From NCBI GenBank assembly GCA_964493715.1, contig CAZBPC010000053.1, positions 1-22,446 of the forward strand: a stretch of 22,446 bases of DNA, written 5' to 3'. The DNA is from an uncultured archaeon. Lineage in GTDB: Archaea > Asgardarchaeota > Lokiarchaeia > Sigyniarchaeales > SOKP01. Below, piece after piece: positions 1 through 7,404 of this stretch; position 1 is the stretch's first letter; each line of letters starts with the position of its first letter. Under the pieces are notes generated by a model, which saw only the letters and a list, made by a program, of their open reading frames with translations, was not told the DNA's origin and searched no databases. A program made the translations under genes and the position numbers.

Positions 1-622
1 GATGATTTTGGAGTTTTCTTAAAGCTTGAATCTGACAAGGAGTACCAACAACAGCAATATCTACAAAATTTTTGTTGATAGCATCTCCTACAAGTGAAAT
101 TGTTGGATTCTGTTGTGGTTTATATCCAGTACCCTTAAAAAGCTCCTCTTGAGTTTTAGCTAATGTGGGATGGGGTTGAAAGTATTCATCCTTTTCTGAA
201 ACGATTGCAGCATCAATTAAACCATTACCCATCGCTGCCCATAGTAAACCTGTCAATGGACCCACATTTGAAGGGAGTTTTTCTCTCGCTTCTTCACTTA
301 ACTTTACCGACACAATTTCGATATAATGTCCTAATATTCTTTCCGATTGTTGACCAAAAACCCATTTATCTAATAAGGAAATTGGGAAGCTGTCAGTTTC
401 TGTCTTAGGGCATAAATTATAACATAAACCAAAACCGTCACGACAGGTATTAGAATCCTCACAAGAACCATCTTCTATGGGGATTTCCTTTTCCAAATCA
501 AACTTTATATTCGAGCAAAATGCACCACAAGCTCCACAAAATACACACTTTCCTGTCTGAATTATCTCATCATGTAGCTCCTTCCAACCTTTTTCTACTT
601 TCTGAATGAACACCTTAATCAT
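1..622 (-). CDS. Coenzyme F420 hydrogenase/dehydrogenase beta-subunit family (FrhB/FpoF-like) protein with N-terminal ferredoxin domain; partial, runs off the left edge and is absent from the ORF track
   Basis: Manual translation from ATG 622 is open to base 1: MIKVFIQKVEKGWKELHDEIIQTGKCVFCGACGAFC...TCRDGFGLCYNLCPK...GPLTGLLWAAMGNGLIDAAIV...DIAVVGTPCQIQALRKLQ. It has a CxxCxxCxxxC motif and the FrhB-family VGTPCQ motif. GTG 613 is an alternative start. Confidence 0.85.
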   Translation of the reverse strand, partial: MIKVFIQKVEKGWKELHDEIIQTGKCVFCGACGAFCSNIKFDLEKEIPIEDGSCEDSNTCRDGFGLCYNLCPKTETDSFPISLLDKWVFGQQSERILGHYIEIVSVKLSEEAREKLPSNVGPLTGLLWAAMGNGLIDAAIVSEKDEYFQPHPTLAKTQEELFKGTGYKPQQNPTISLVGDAINKNFVDIAVVGTPCQIQALRKLQNH

Positions 623-1211
623 TCCCCTCCTGAAGATTTTTTAAGAACTCTAATCCTTCTTGCTTTCCAAGTTCAAATGCTTCTAGATTTATGTCCAATG
701 TCGAAGCTGGGACAAAAGATTTTATAGTTTCGATTGCCGATTCTTCCGAAAAGATTCCAGATAAAACTGTGAAGATCCCAAATAATATGGTATTACCAAA
801 TACAATATTGTTGAACTTTTCAACAGCTAACTTCTGAATGGGTACACCTAAAGTCTTTTTTATTTTTTTAGCAGCTCTAATTTTGCTAATTGTTGATGTA
901 TCCCAAATTAAAAAACCGGTTTTACCCTCTTTCACGAAATCTGGTTTTACATCGCTCGCAGCTTCTTCCGATAAAACTATTAAAAAATCATAAGGAGATA
1001 ATGCTTTGGGATAATCTATAACATCAATTTGTCTATCTAATTCAACAACTACTTCTGCCCAACATTTACCTCCCCTTGCGGCTGCCGAATAAGCTTCAGT
1101 TTGGGTTCCTGCTAGATTTTCATATAAGGAACTAGCAGTGATGATCATTTTGCTTAAAGTGATGACTCCTTGACCCCCATACCCACTTATTCTAATTTCA
1201 TATCTTACCAT
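615..1211 (-). CDS. korC: 2-oxoacid:ferredoxin oxidoreductase gamma subunit
   Basis: IRISGYGGQGVIT, QTEAYSAAARGG, IDYP, FGNTILFG and INLEAFELG motifs; operon context. Confidence 0.88.
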   Translation of the reverse strand: MVRYEIRISGYGGQGVITLSKMIITASSLYENLAGTQTEAYSAAARGGKCWAEVVVELDRQIDVIDYPKALSPYDFLIVLSEEAASDVKPDFVKEGKTGFLIWDTSTISKIRAAKKIKKTLGVPIQKLAVEKFNNIVFGNTILFGIFTVLSGIFSEESAIETIKSFVPASTLDINLEAFELGKQEGLEFLKNLQEGND

Positions 1212-1214
1212 GTC

Positions 1215-2162
1215 TTATTTATCACCCATAGCTATTTTCTGAATTTTAGCATACTCTTCAGAGTATTCAGGTTTATTTGGTTCATAACGGAATTCCCCAA
1301 TGATGTATTTATTGAATAATTCTTCTTCACTCATGAATTTTGCTTGATTTATTCTTACCGTATTTCTCTTAATCCAATCAATCATCTTGAATCCTTGATC
1401 CATTTTCTCTCCTTTAACTCCTGTATACTCTGCTCCTAAACTATTTAAGTTCTTTCTTCCGAAATAAGTGATGCAAGGGGTTATGATTTCAATTACAGAG
1501 GTACCTTTATGTTCTAACGCTCTTTTGAAATACTTCATGTAGGTTCTAGGATGAGCTACTGTAGTTCTCGCCACATATGTAGCTCCTGCTGCTAGAGCTA
1601 AATTAACCCCATCACTTCTATTTTCAAACATGCTATAAGGAGTAGTAGTGCTTTGAGCCCCATATAGCGTAGTAGGAGCACCTTGACCTCCAGTCATGGC
1701 ATAAATGCTATTGTTAAAGATTAACATCACACAATCCAAATTTCGCCTACAAAGATGGATAAAATGATTGCCTCCTATTCCTAAAGAATCACCATCTCCC
1801 GAAAAGATAATAGGCTTCATCCTAGGATTTGCCATCTTAATTCCTGTAGCTACAGCAGGAGCTCTCCCATGAAGTGCTAAAACTTTCTGAGATTTAAAAT
1901 GAACCAATAGAAGCATTTGACTGTAACATCCAATTCCAATTACAGTAGGAAAAAGCTTTGGATCTAAATGTTCATCTTCAAAAATTCTTGTGAAAAGTTG
2001 AGCAATGATTCCATATCCACAACCAGAGCAGATACACGTAAATGAAGGATATCTTCATTTACATCGTGTTGCGAAGTTGTTAAACATGCTCCCAGCATAT
2101 GAAAAGGGGACATATGGATGTTCAGGTTGCTCATTTTTAAGCATTCGTCCTATATCAGTCAT
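1215..2162 (-). CDS. korB: 2-oxoacid:ferredoxin oxidoreductase beta (TPP-binding) subunit, interrupted by an in-frame TGA at 2055-2057 (candidate 30-nt intron 2033-2062, or selenocysteine)
   Basis: The track ORF 1215-1916 has LHGRA, GDGD...GGNHFIH..RRN and NN.IYAMTGGQ but lacks the N-terminal cluster ligands. The same frame continues upstream through GIGC and CSGCGYG, then one TGA, to ATG 2162. That ATG overlaps the alpha-subunit stop (TAATG) and follows the RBS GAGGTG. Confidence 0.88.
2033..2062 (-). other. Candidate bulge-helix-bulge (EndA-type) mRNA intron in korB
   Basis: The mRNA strand reads GCA-A-CACG-ATG-TAAATGAAG-ATATC-CTTCATTTA-CGTG-TAT-C-TGC. Cutting after the 2nd nt of each 3-nt bulge removes 30 nt including the TGA and yields ...ATR-F-CSGCG in frame. 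Confidence 0.55.
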
Positions 2163-3337
2163 TATTTTGCCACCTCTCTTATAACTTTAAGAATATCATC
2201 TGGATGATGAAATTCACATACTTTAGGAATCTTTATTACGGGGGTATCGATTTTTGTCACTCTTTCTACTTGTTCTGCTATAACTCCAGTATAATTTAAT
2301 TCGGGTACAATTATCGCTTTAGCATCTTTAACTACTTCTTTCACTTGTTCATCTGGAAATGGCCAAACTGTTATTAACCTAAAAATGCCAACTTTAATAC
2401 CCTCACTTCTTGCGATATCTATTGCCCTATAGCTTGCCCTAACAGGTAATCCATAGGCAATAATAACGAATTCAGCATCATCCAATTTATATTTATCCGT
2501 AAGACAGATTTTATCTTTATTTTTATTTACTTTATCCATTATTGCTTCAATAAACTGCATTGGTTTTGGAGTTGGTAAGCCTTCATAGTTATGTGGTTGA
2601 TGTAAAAATAAACCGGGGCAATAATCCGTTCCCATTTGAGGAGGTTTGGGTATAACAATTTCTCCACTAATATCATCAACATACGTAAATTTCTTCACAT
2701 AATCTTCAGGGGCAGGTAATTCTCTATTAATAACTCTCTCTAATATTTCTTCCTTTGGAGGAATTTTAACAATCTCATGAAGATGTCCAAGATATGCATC
2801 AGAAAGAATGAAAATAGGGCATCTATAAGTCTCAGCAAAATTGAAAGCTGTAATTGTTAAGTCGAATAATTCTTGGCATGTCATTGGTGCCAAAGCTATT
2901 ACTTGAAATTCCCCATTTCCTGAAAATCTCACTAATCCTAAATCATTATGATGTGGTTCTGTAACAAATCCTGTTCCAGGACCGTTTCTTTGAACATCAC
3001 AAAACACAAACGGTATTTCTAAATTAGCTGCCATGGAAATTGTTTCTACCATTAATGATAAACCTGGTCCTGATGTTGCCGTCATAGCTTTTGCTCCTAC
3101 TAATGAAGCACCTATTACAGAATTTATAGAAGCTAATTCATCTTCCATTTGCATGCAAACACCTCCAACTTCAGGAAGTCTTTTGGCTAAATGTTCGATT
3201 ACTTCTGTACTTGGTGTTATAGGATATCCTCCAAAATAAGTTAGTCCCGCTGATAGTGCCCCTTCTGACATTGCTTCATTACCCATCATTAAATATCTTC
3301 CAGGTTCTAAAAATCGTTTATTTTTGTCACTTACCAT
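2162..3337 (-). CDS. korA: 2-oxoacid:ferredoxin oxidoreductase alpha subunit
   Basis: GNEA...GYPITPSTE, QMEDELAS, TATSGPGLSLM, QR.GP.TG and VWPFP motifs; RBS GGTGA 5 nt before ATG. Confidence 0.92.
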   Translation of the reverse strand: MVSDKNKRFLEPGRYLMMGNEAMSEGALSAGLTYFGGYPITPSTEVIEHLAKRLPEVGGVCMQMEDELASINSVIGASLVGAKAMTATSGPGLSLMVETISMAANLEIPFVFCDVQRNGPGTGFVTEPHHNDLGLVRFSGNGEFQVIALAPMTCQELFDLTITAFNFAETYRCPIFILSDAYLGHLHEIVKIPPKEEILERVINRELPAPEDYVKKFTYVDDISGEIVIPKPPQMGTDYCPGLFLHQPHNYEGLPTPKPMQFIEAIMDKVNKNKDKICLTDKYKLDDAEFVIIAYGLPVRASYRAIDIARSEGIKVGIFRLITVWPFPDEQVKEVVKDAKAIIVPELNYTGVIAEQVERVTKIDTPVIKIPKVCEFHHPDDILKVIREVAK

Positions 3338-3350
3338 TTATATCACCATT

Positions 3351-3641
3351 TCACGTTTTTGCTTTTTCATTTGTTGATTTTTCCTCTTCATCTAATATAT
3401 AAATACACCATTCTGGACAAGCATATTCACAACGACGACAACCGGTACAATAAGACCCCTTTCTTGCTTTAACTCGAGGTAAATATGCCACCCTCATGTT
3501 AAGTTCATCTCCAGGTTCTAAAATTCCAGTTGGGCATACAGCGATACAATTATAACACTGATCCCCACCACATCTATTTTTGTTAAGAAATAATGAAAAT
3601 TTCTTTTCTTTATTATCGACTAATTTTGGAATTTTTATCAA
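3351..3641 (-). CDS. korD: 2[4Fe-4S] ferredoxin, OFOR delta subunit
   Basis: CGGDQCYNCIAVCP and CTGCRRCEYACP motifs; first gene of the operon; start uncertain (TTG 3641 or ATT 3632). Confidence 0.85.
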   Translation of the reverse strand: MIKIPKLVDNKEKKFSLFLNKNRCGGDQCYNCIAVCPTGILEPGDELNMRVAYLPRVKARKGSYCTGCRRCEYACPEWCIYILDEEEKSTNEKAKT

Positions 3642-3836
3642 CTCTAATGATGATTAAAATTAATGAATTAAATATTCTAATAATTATAAAGTTCAATCTA
3701 TTCATTATTAAGTATTTTTAAAATAAATTTTAAAGATTATAATTTAAAATTAAAGCATATCGAAAATGTAATATAATGGTAATTAATTTAAGTTCCAAAA
3801 ATCTGTTATAAATATTTATTAGGATGGTATATTATA
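3642..3836. promoter_or_regulatory. Divergent archaeal promoter region between the kor operon and the lutAB-like genes
   Basis: Very AT-rich; TATA-like TTTATAAT on the minus strand at about 3683-3690 and TTATAAAT on the plus strand at about 3807-3814. Confidence 0.45.
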
Positions 3837-4577
3837 TTGACAAAGTTGATTTTTTTAGGCTGCTTATCAAAAACAAGATATCAAGAGACGTGTAATAATG
3901 CGATAAAAATTATTAAATTCTTGGATCCAACTTATAAAATTCTTGAAAATGCACCATGTTGCGGTGCTTTAGCTTATCATATTGCTAATGATAAAGAATT
4001 AAAAACTCACGTGGAATTTGTAAATAACTGGTTCAAATCAAATGATGTTTCCGAAATCGTAACGATTTGTGCGGGATGCTATAATTATTTAACCAAGTAT
4101 TACCCTCAATATTTAGGGAATGAGTTTAATGTTGATGTGAAGCATCTTCTCCAATTGGTAGCTAAACCAGAAAACCTCTCAAAATTGAATCTTAAAAACT
4201 CAGGTAAAGCATTGAAGGTCAGTTATCACGACGCTTGTCATTTGAGAAATGCAGTAGTTCCTGTTATAAATGAACCAAGAAAAATTCTCGAATCAATTCA
4301 AAATGTAGAACTTAAGGAATTGGATAATATTAAAACTAATAGTATTTGTTGTGGAGCAGGGGGAGGAGTTTATTCAACTTTTAAGGAAAATAGTGATCAT
4401 AACTCTATTTTGATTTTTGATCAATTGAAGCGTGGTAAGGCTTTATTAACCGCATGTCCATTTTGTTATACAGCATTAAATCGCGTAAGAGATGAAAATC
4501 AAATTAAAAAGCCAGTAATTAAATTTGAAGATTTTATTGTAAAAATTATAGAAGGAGTTGATCCTTTAGGTGACTGA
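3837..4577 (+). CDS. CCG-domain (Fe-S)-binding protein, LutA/GlpC/HdrB-like
   Basis: Two cysteine-rich CCG repeats: FLGC...CCG...CAGC and YHDAC...CCGAGGG...ACPFC. Confidence 0.85.
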   Translation: MTKLIFLGCLSKTRYQETCNNAIKIIKFLDPTYKILENAPCCGALAYHIANDKELKTHVEFVNNWFKSNDVSEIVTICAGCYNYLTKYYPQYLGNEFNVDVKHLLQLVAKPENLSKLNLKNSGKALKVSYHDACHLRNAVVPVINEPRKILESIQNVELKELDNIKTNSICCGAGGGVYSTFKENSDHNSILIFDQLKRGKALLTACPFCYTALNRVRDENQIKKPVIKFEDFIVKIIEGVDPLGD

Positions 4578-5868
4578 GGGAAAAGATCTTTTTGAAGAAG
4601 TTAAGAATAAAATAAAAACTCTCCAGACAGACGGGACATTAGAAAAACAATTTGGAGATTTTTGGAAACTTGCATGTACGATTAAAACAAGGCAACACGA
4701 TTTACAATATTTATATGACGATTCAAGTCGCGAATTTGTAGATAGATATCGTGACAACCTTATTGAAATGAGAGAAGATTTTGTAGATCACATGGATGAG
4801 TATGTAGAAAAATGTATAAATATAATGCGCAAAAAAAATTTCACTGTATTTTATGCAAAGACAAACGAAGAAGCTCAAAGAATTTTTATGGAGGAGTTAG
4901 GGGATAGCAAGATAATTTATAAATCAAAGTCTAATGAAGCGAAAGATATTGGAATCATGGATGCTTTAAAAAAAAATGATATCAAAATTAAAGAAACCGA
5001 TTTAGGTGATGTACTTGTTCAATTGTTTGAATATGAATTACCAAGCTTCCAAGTTGGACCAGGTATTCATTTTACAGAAGAAGAAATCGCAAGCAAGATC
5101 AAGGAAGTATATAATGTTGAACTTGAACCTAAAGCAAGTGCAATAGTAGAATTCTTTAGAAATACCTACAGGAAAGAATTACTTAATGATGTGAAAATCT
5201 CTTTGACATCTGCGAACGCCATATCTGCTGAAGATGGTACGATAGTTTTAGGCGAAAATGAAGGTAATATCAGCCTTATTACAAGAGCAACTGATAAACA
5301 CATAGTTGTATGTGGTATTACTAAAATTGTTCCTACAATATTGGATGCAGTCTTGGTGACAAAATTACAGTCTAGAATTAATAATGTCTCATATAATTAT
5401 ATTAGTCTCATTTCAGGACCATCAAACACTTCTGACATTCAAGGTACTAGCATCCAAGGTATGTATGGCGCAAAAGAGGTAGTTGTTATCCTGGTTGATG
5501 ATTGGAGGTCAAAAGCAGTGAAAGAGAATTTAATCTATAAAGAATTCTTAAAATGTATTGGATGTAAATCTTGTATTTTCCCTTGTACAGCATCACGGGC
5601 TTTTGGAAATATTTATGCCTCAAAATATGGTTTAGGTGCAACTGCAATCATTAGAGACTATATACACAATGGAATTGAAGCTGCTGTGAAAGATGGTCTA
5701 TTCTTTTGTACTGGATGCGAAAATTGTTACCATTGGTGTCCAGTTTCAATAAATTGTGGTGAAATTCTAAGAGAAATGAAAAGAGAAGCTACTGAAAAAG
5801 GTTTAGCCCCTCCATCTTTAGAGAAATATAAAGATAAAATATTCAGGGAAAAAAATCCATTTATCTGA
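4570..5868 (+). CDS. LUD-domain Fe-S protein, LutB/LldF-like (lactate utilization protein B family)
   Basis: KSKS, ETDLGD, ENEGNI, GITKIVP, ISGPSNTSDI and GAKEVVVILVD motifs plus two C-terminal CxxCxxCxxxC motifs; overlaps the upstream CCG gene. Confidence 0.85.
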   Translation: MTEGKDLFEEVKNKIKTLQTDGTLEKQFGDFWKLACTIKTRQHDLQYLYDDSSREFVDRYRDNLIEMREDFVDHMDEYVEKCINIMRKKNFTVFYAKTNEEAQRIFMEELGDSKIIYKSKSNEAKDIGIMDALKKNDIKIKETDLGDVLVQLFEYELPSFQVGPGIHFTEEEIASKIKEVYNVELEPKASAIVEFFRNTYRKELLNDVKISLTSANAISAEDGTIVLGENEGNISLITRATDKHIVVCGITKIVPTILDAVLVTKLQSRINNVSYNYISLISGPSNTSDIQGTSIQGMYGAKEVVVILVDDWRSKAVKENLIYKEFLKCIGCKSCIFPCTASRAFGNIYASKYGLGATAIIRDYIHNGIEAAVKDGLFFCTGCENCYHWCPVSINCGEILREMKREATEKGLAPPSLEKYKDKIFREKNPFI

Positions 5869-5880
5869 ATAAAATTTCAA

Positions 5881-7068
5881 TTATTTACAATGCATGTACT
5901 GGAATGGAGCTGCTGTGTTTCTCCATATTGCTAAATCATCAAATCCTAATTTCTCAGCTTGAGTTTGTTGCCCATTTAAAGTTTTTCTCATTTTTAACCA
6001 TAGAATTTCTGCAAGTTCTTCTATGGTTTTTTCACCTTTAATAATTCGACTTGCATCTACATCAATGTTTTCAGCCATCCAATTACAGGTTTTTGGATTA
6101 CCACACAATTTTATTACTGGAGCAATAGGATTTCCACAAGGACTCCCTCTCCCCGTTGTCATGAGAATCACTTGTGCGCCAGCTGCTGCTAATCCTGTCA
6201 TGGATTCAATATCAAGCCCAGGTTCTAACATTAACCAAAGTCCTTTTGTCTTTGGTGGTTCGGAATAATCAAGAATTCCTTGGATTGGAGATTTTCCAGA
6301 TTTTGCAATGTTTCCTAATGACTTTTCTTCTATAGTTGAGAGACCACCTTCAATGTTTCCTGGAGTTGGTTGTACTCCTAAAAAATCAATACCAAGACCT
6401 TTTAGATTTTCTATAAATCCCGTGATTGTGTTATGAATTTTTTGCGCCACATTTTCATTTATAGCTCTTTCAATAAGTAGATGTTCTGTTCCTATCCATT
6501 CTGTAAATTCCGGTAAAATAGAAGTCCCTCCTAATTTAACAACTCTATCAGATATTATCCCAACAGCAGGATTCGCTGAAATTCCCGATATTGAATCAGA
6601 ACCACCACATTCTAAACCTAAAACTAAATTAGAAAAATCAAACGGTTCTTTTTTTAATTCATTCGCTTCTTCTCTCATCTGATTACCAATCTTTAAACCG
6701 TACTCAATTGCAGCAGTGGAACCCCCTTTTATATCTTGTACATTAAAAAATTCAACTGGCTTTTTTGTTCGCTTAACATTTTTTGCTAATACCCCACTTT
6801 TTAAATTTTCACATCCTAAACCTATTACGACAACACCATATATATTTGGATTACTTCCTAATCCAACTAATGTACGAAATGTATTACTATAATCTGGTCC
6901 AAATTGTCCGCAACCCAAGGGGTGTTTAATTGCTACAGCATCATCCAATTTATTAGCAATTTGTTCAGCAATGTGATTTACGCATACAACGGAAGGAATG
7001 ATGGCTATTTTATTTCTTATTCCGACCTTGCTATTTGGTCTTTCATATCCCATGAATTCTTCATTCAT
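5881..7068 (-). CDS. UxaA-family dehydratase/lyase large subunit (altronate/galactarate dehydratase or SuyB-like)
   Basis: GYERP...VGIRN, H..GC, GLGCE, LECGGSD, GNIEGGLSTIEEKSLG and TTGRG motifs. Confidence 0.9.
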   Translation of the reverse strand: MNEEFMGYERPNSKVGIRNKIAIIPSVVCVNHIAEQIANKLDDAVAIKHPLGCGQFGPDYSNTFRTLVGLGSNPNIYGVVVIGLGCENLKSGVLAKNVKRTKKPVEFFNVQDIKGGSTAAIEYGLKIGNQMREEANELKKEPFDFSNLVLGLECGGSDSISGISANPAVGIISDRVVKLGGTSILPEFTEWIGTEHLLIERAINENVAQKIHNTITGFIENLKGLGIDFLGVQPTPGNIEGGLSTIEEKSLGNIAKSGKSPIQGILDYSEPPKTKGLWLMLEPGLDIESMTGLAAAGAQVILMTTGRGSPCGNPIAPVIKLCGNPKTCNWMAENIDVDASRIIKGEKTIEELAEILWLKMRKTLNGQQTQAEKLGFDDLAIWRNTAAPFQYMHCK

Positions 7069-7346
7069 TTATTCTGCAACTCCTTTAAATAGTAACTTAT
7101 AATATTGTGTGTGTGAATCCAATCTCCTAATTTTATATCTTCAGTCGCAATCCCAATCTTTTGATCATATTTTTTAATAAAATTTTCTTGTTTAATATCA
7201 TTTAAAGCGAATTTATGTCCAAGTGGGATTGGTTGGTTGATTTTGAATTTTTTTCCATTATAATCGACTTCTTCTCCTTTATCGATATCCTCTAAAGCAG
7301 TGGCGCAATTATCTTTAGTATCCATCACAATAAACTTTGCTTTCAT
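7065..7346 (-). CDS. UxaA-family small SAF-domain subunit (SuyA-like)
   Basis: DNCATAL, IPLGHKFAL, KY..KIG.AT.DI..GDWIHTHN motifs; ATG 7346 lies 5 nt after RBS AGTGA (the track GTG is inside the RBS). Confidence 0.9.
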   Translation of the reverse strand: MKAKFIVMDTKDNCATALEDIDKGEEVDYNGKKFKINQPIPLGHKFALNDIKQENFIKKYDQKIGIATEDIKLGDWIHTHNIISYYLKELQNK

Positions 7347-7404
7347 AAAAATCACTTGTTAAGATAATTAAATAAAAAAGAAATGATCATTTGAAAATTA
7401 CGAT

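Noticed and set aside
163-408. Track ORF on the + strand (81 aa)
   Set aside because: Antisense to the well-supported FrhB-like gene; no motifs
1109-1266. Hairpins CTGCTAG..CTAGCAG (1109-1138) and ATACTC-TTCA-GAGTAT (1251-1266) as SECIS or further introns
   Set aside because: No AUGA/GA core with apical AA, no two-bulge geometry, and the coding sequence is uninterrupted
1215-1916. Track start of the beta subunit at ATG 1916
   Set aside because: It would omit the CSGCG and GIGC cluster ligands; the coupled ATG at 2162 is in frame
2057-2062. The candidate intron starts GTAAAT, resembling a spliceosomal donor site
   Set aside because: It ends in TA rather than AG, has no branch point, and is explained by the hairpin; likely coincidence
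1215-2162. korB as a simple nonsense pseudogene, or global TGA-to-Trp recoding
   Set aside because: The rest of the gene and operon are intact, the stop lies in a highly ordered hairpin, TGA ends other genes, and Trp is encoded by TGG. A pseudogene or sequencing error cannot be fully excluded without reads.
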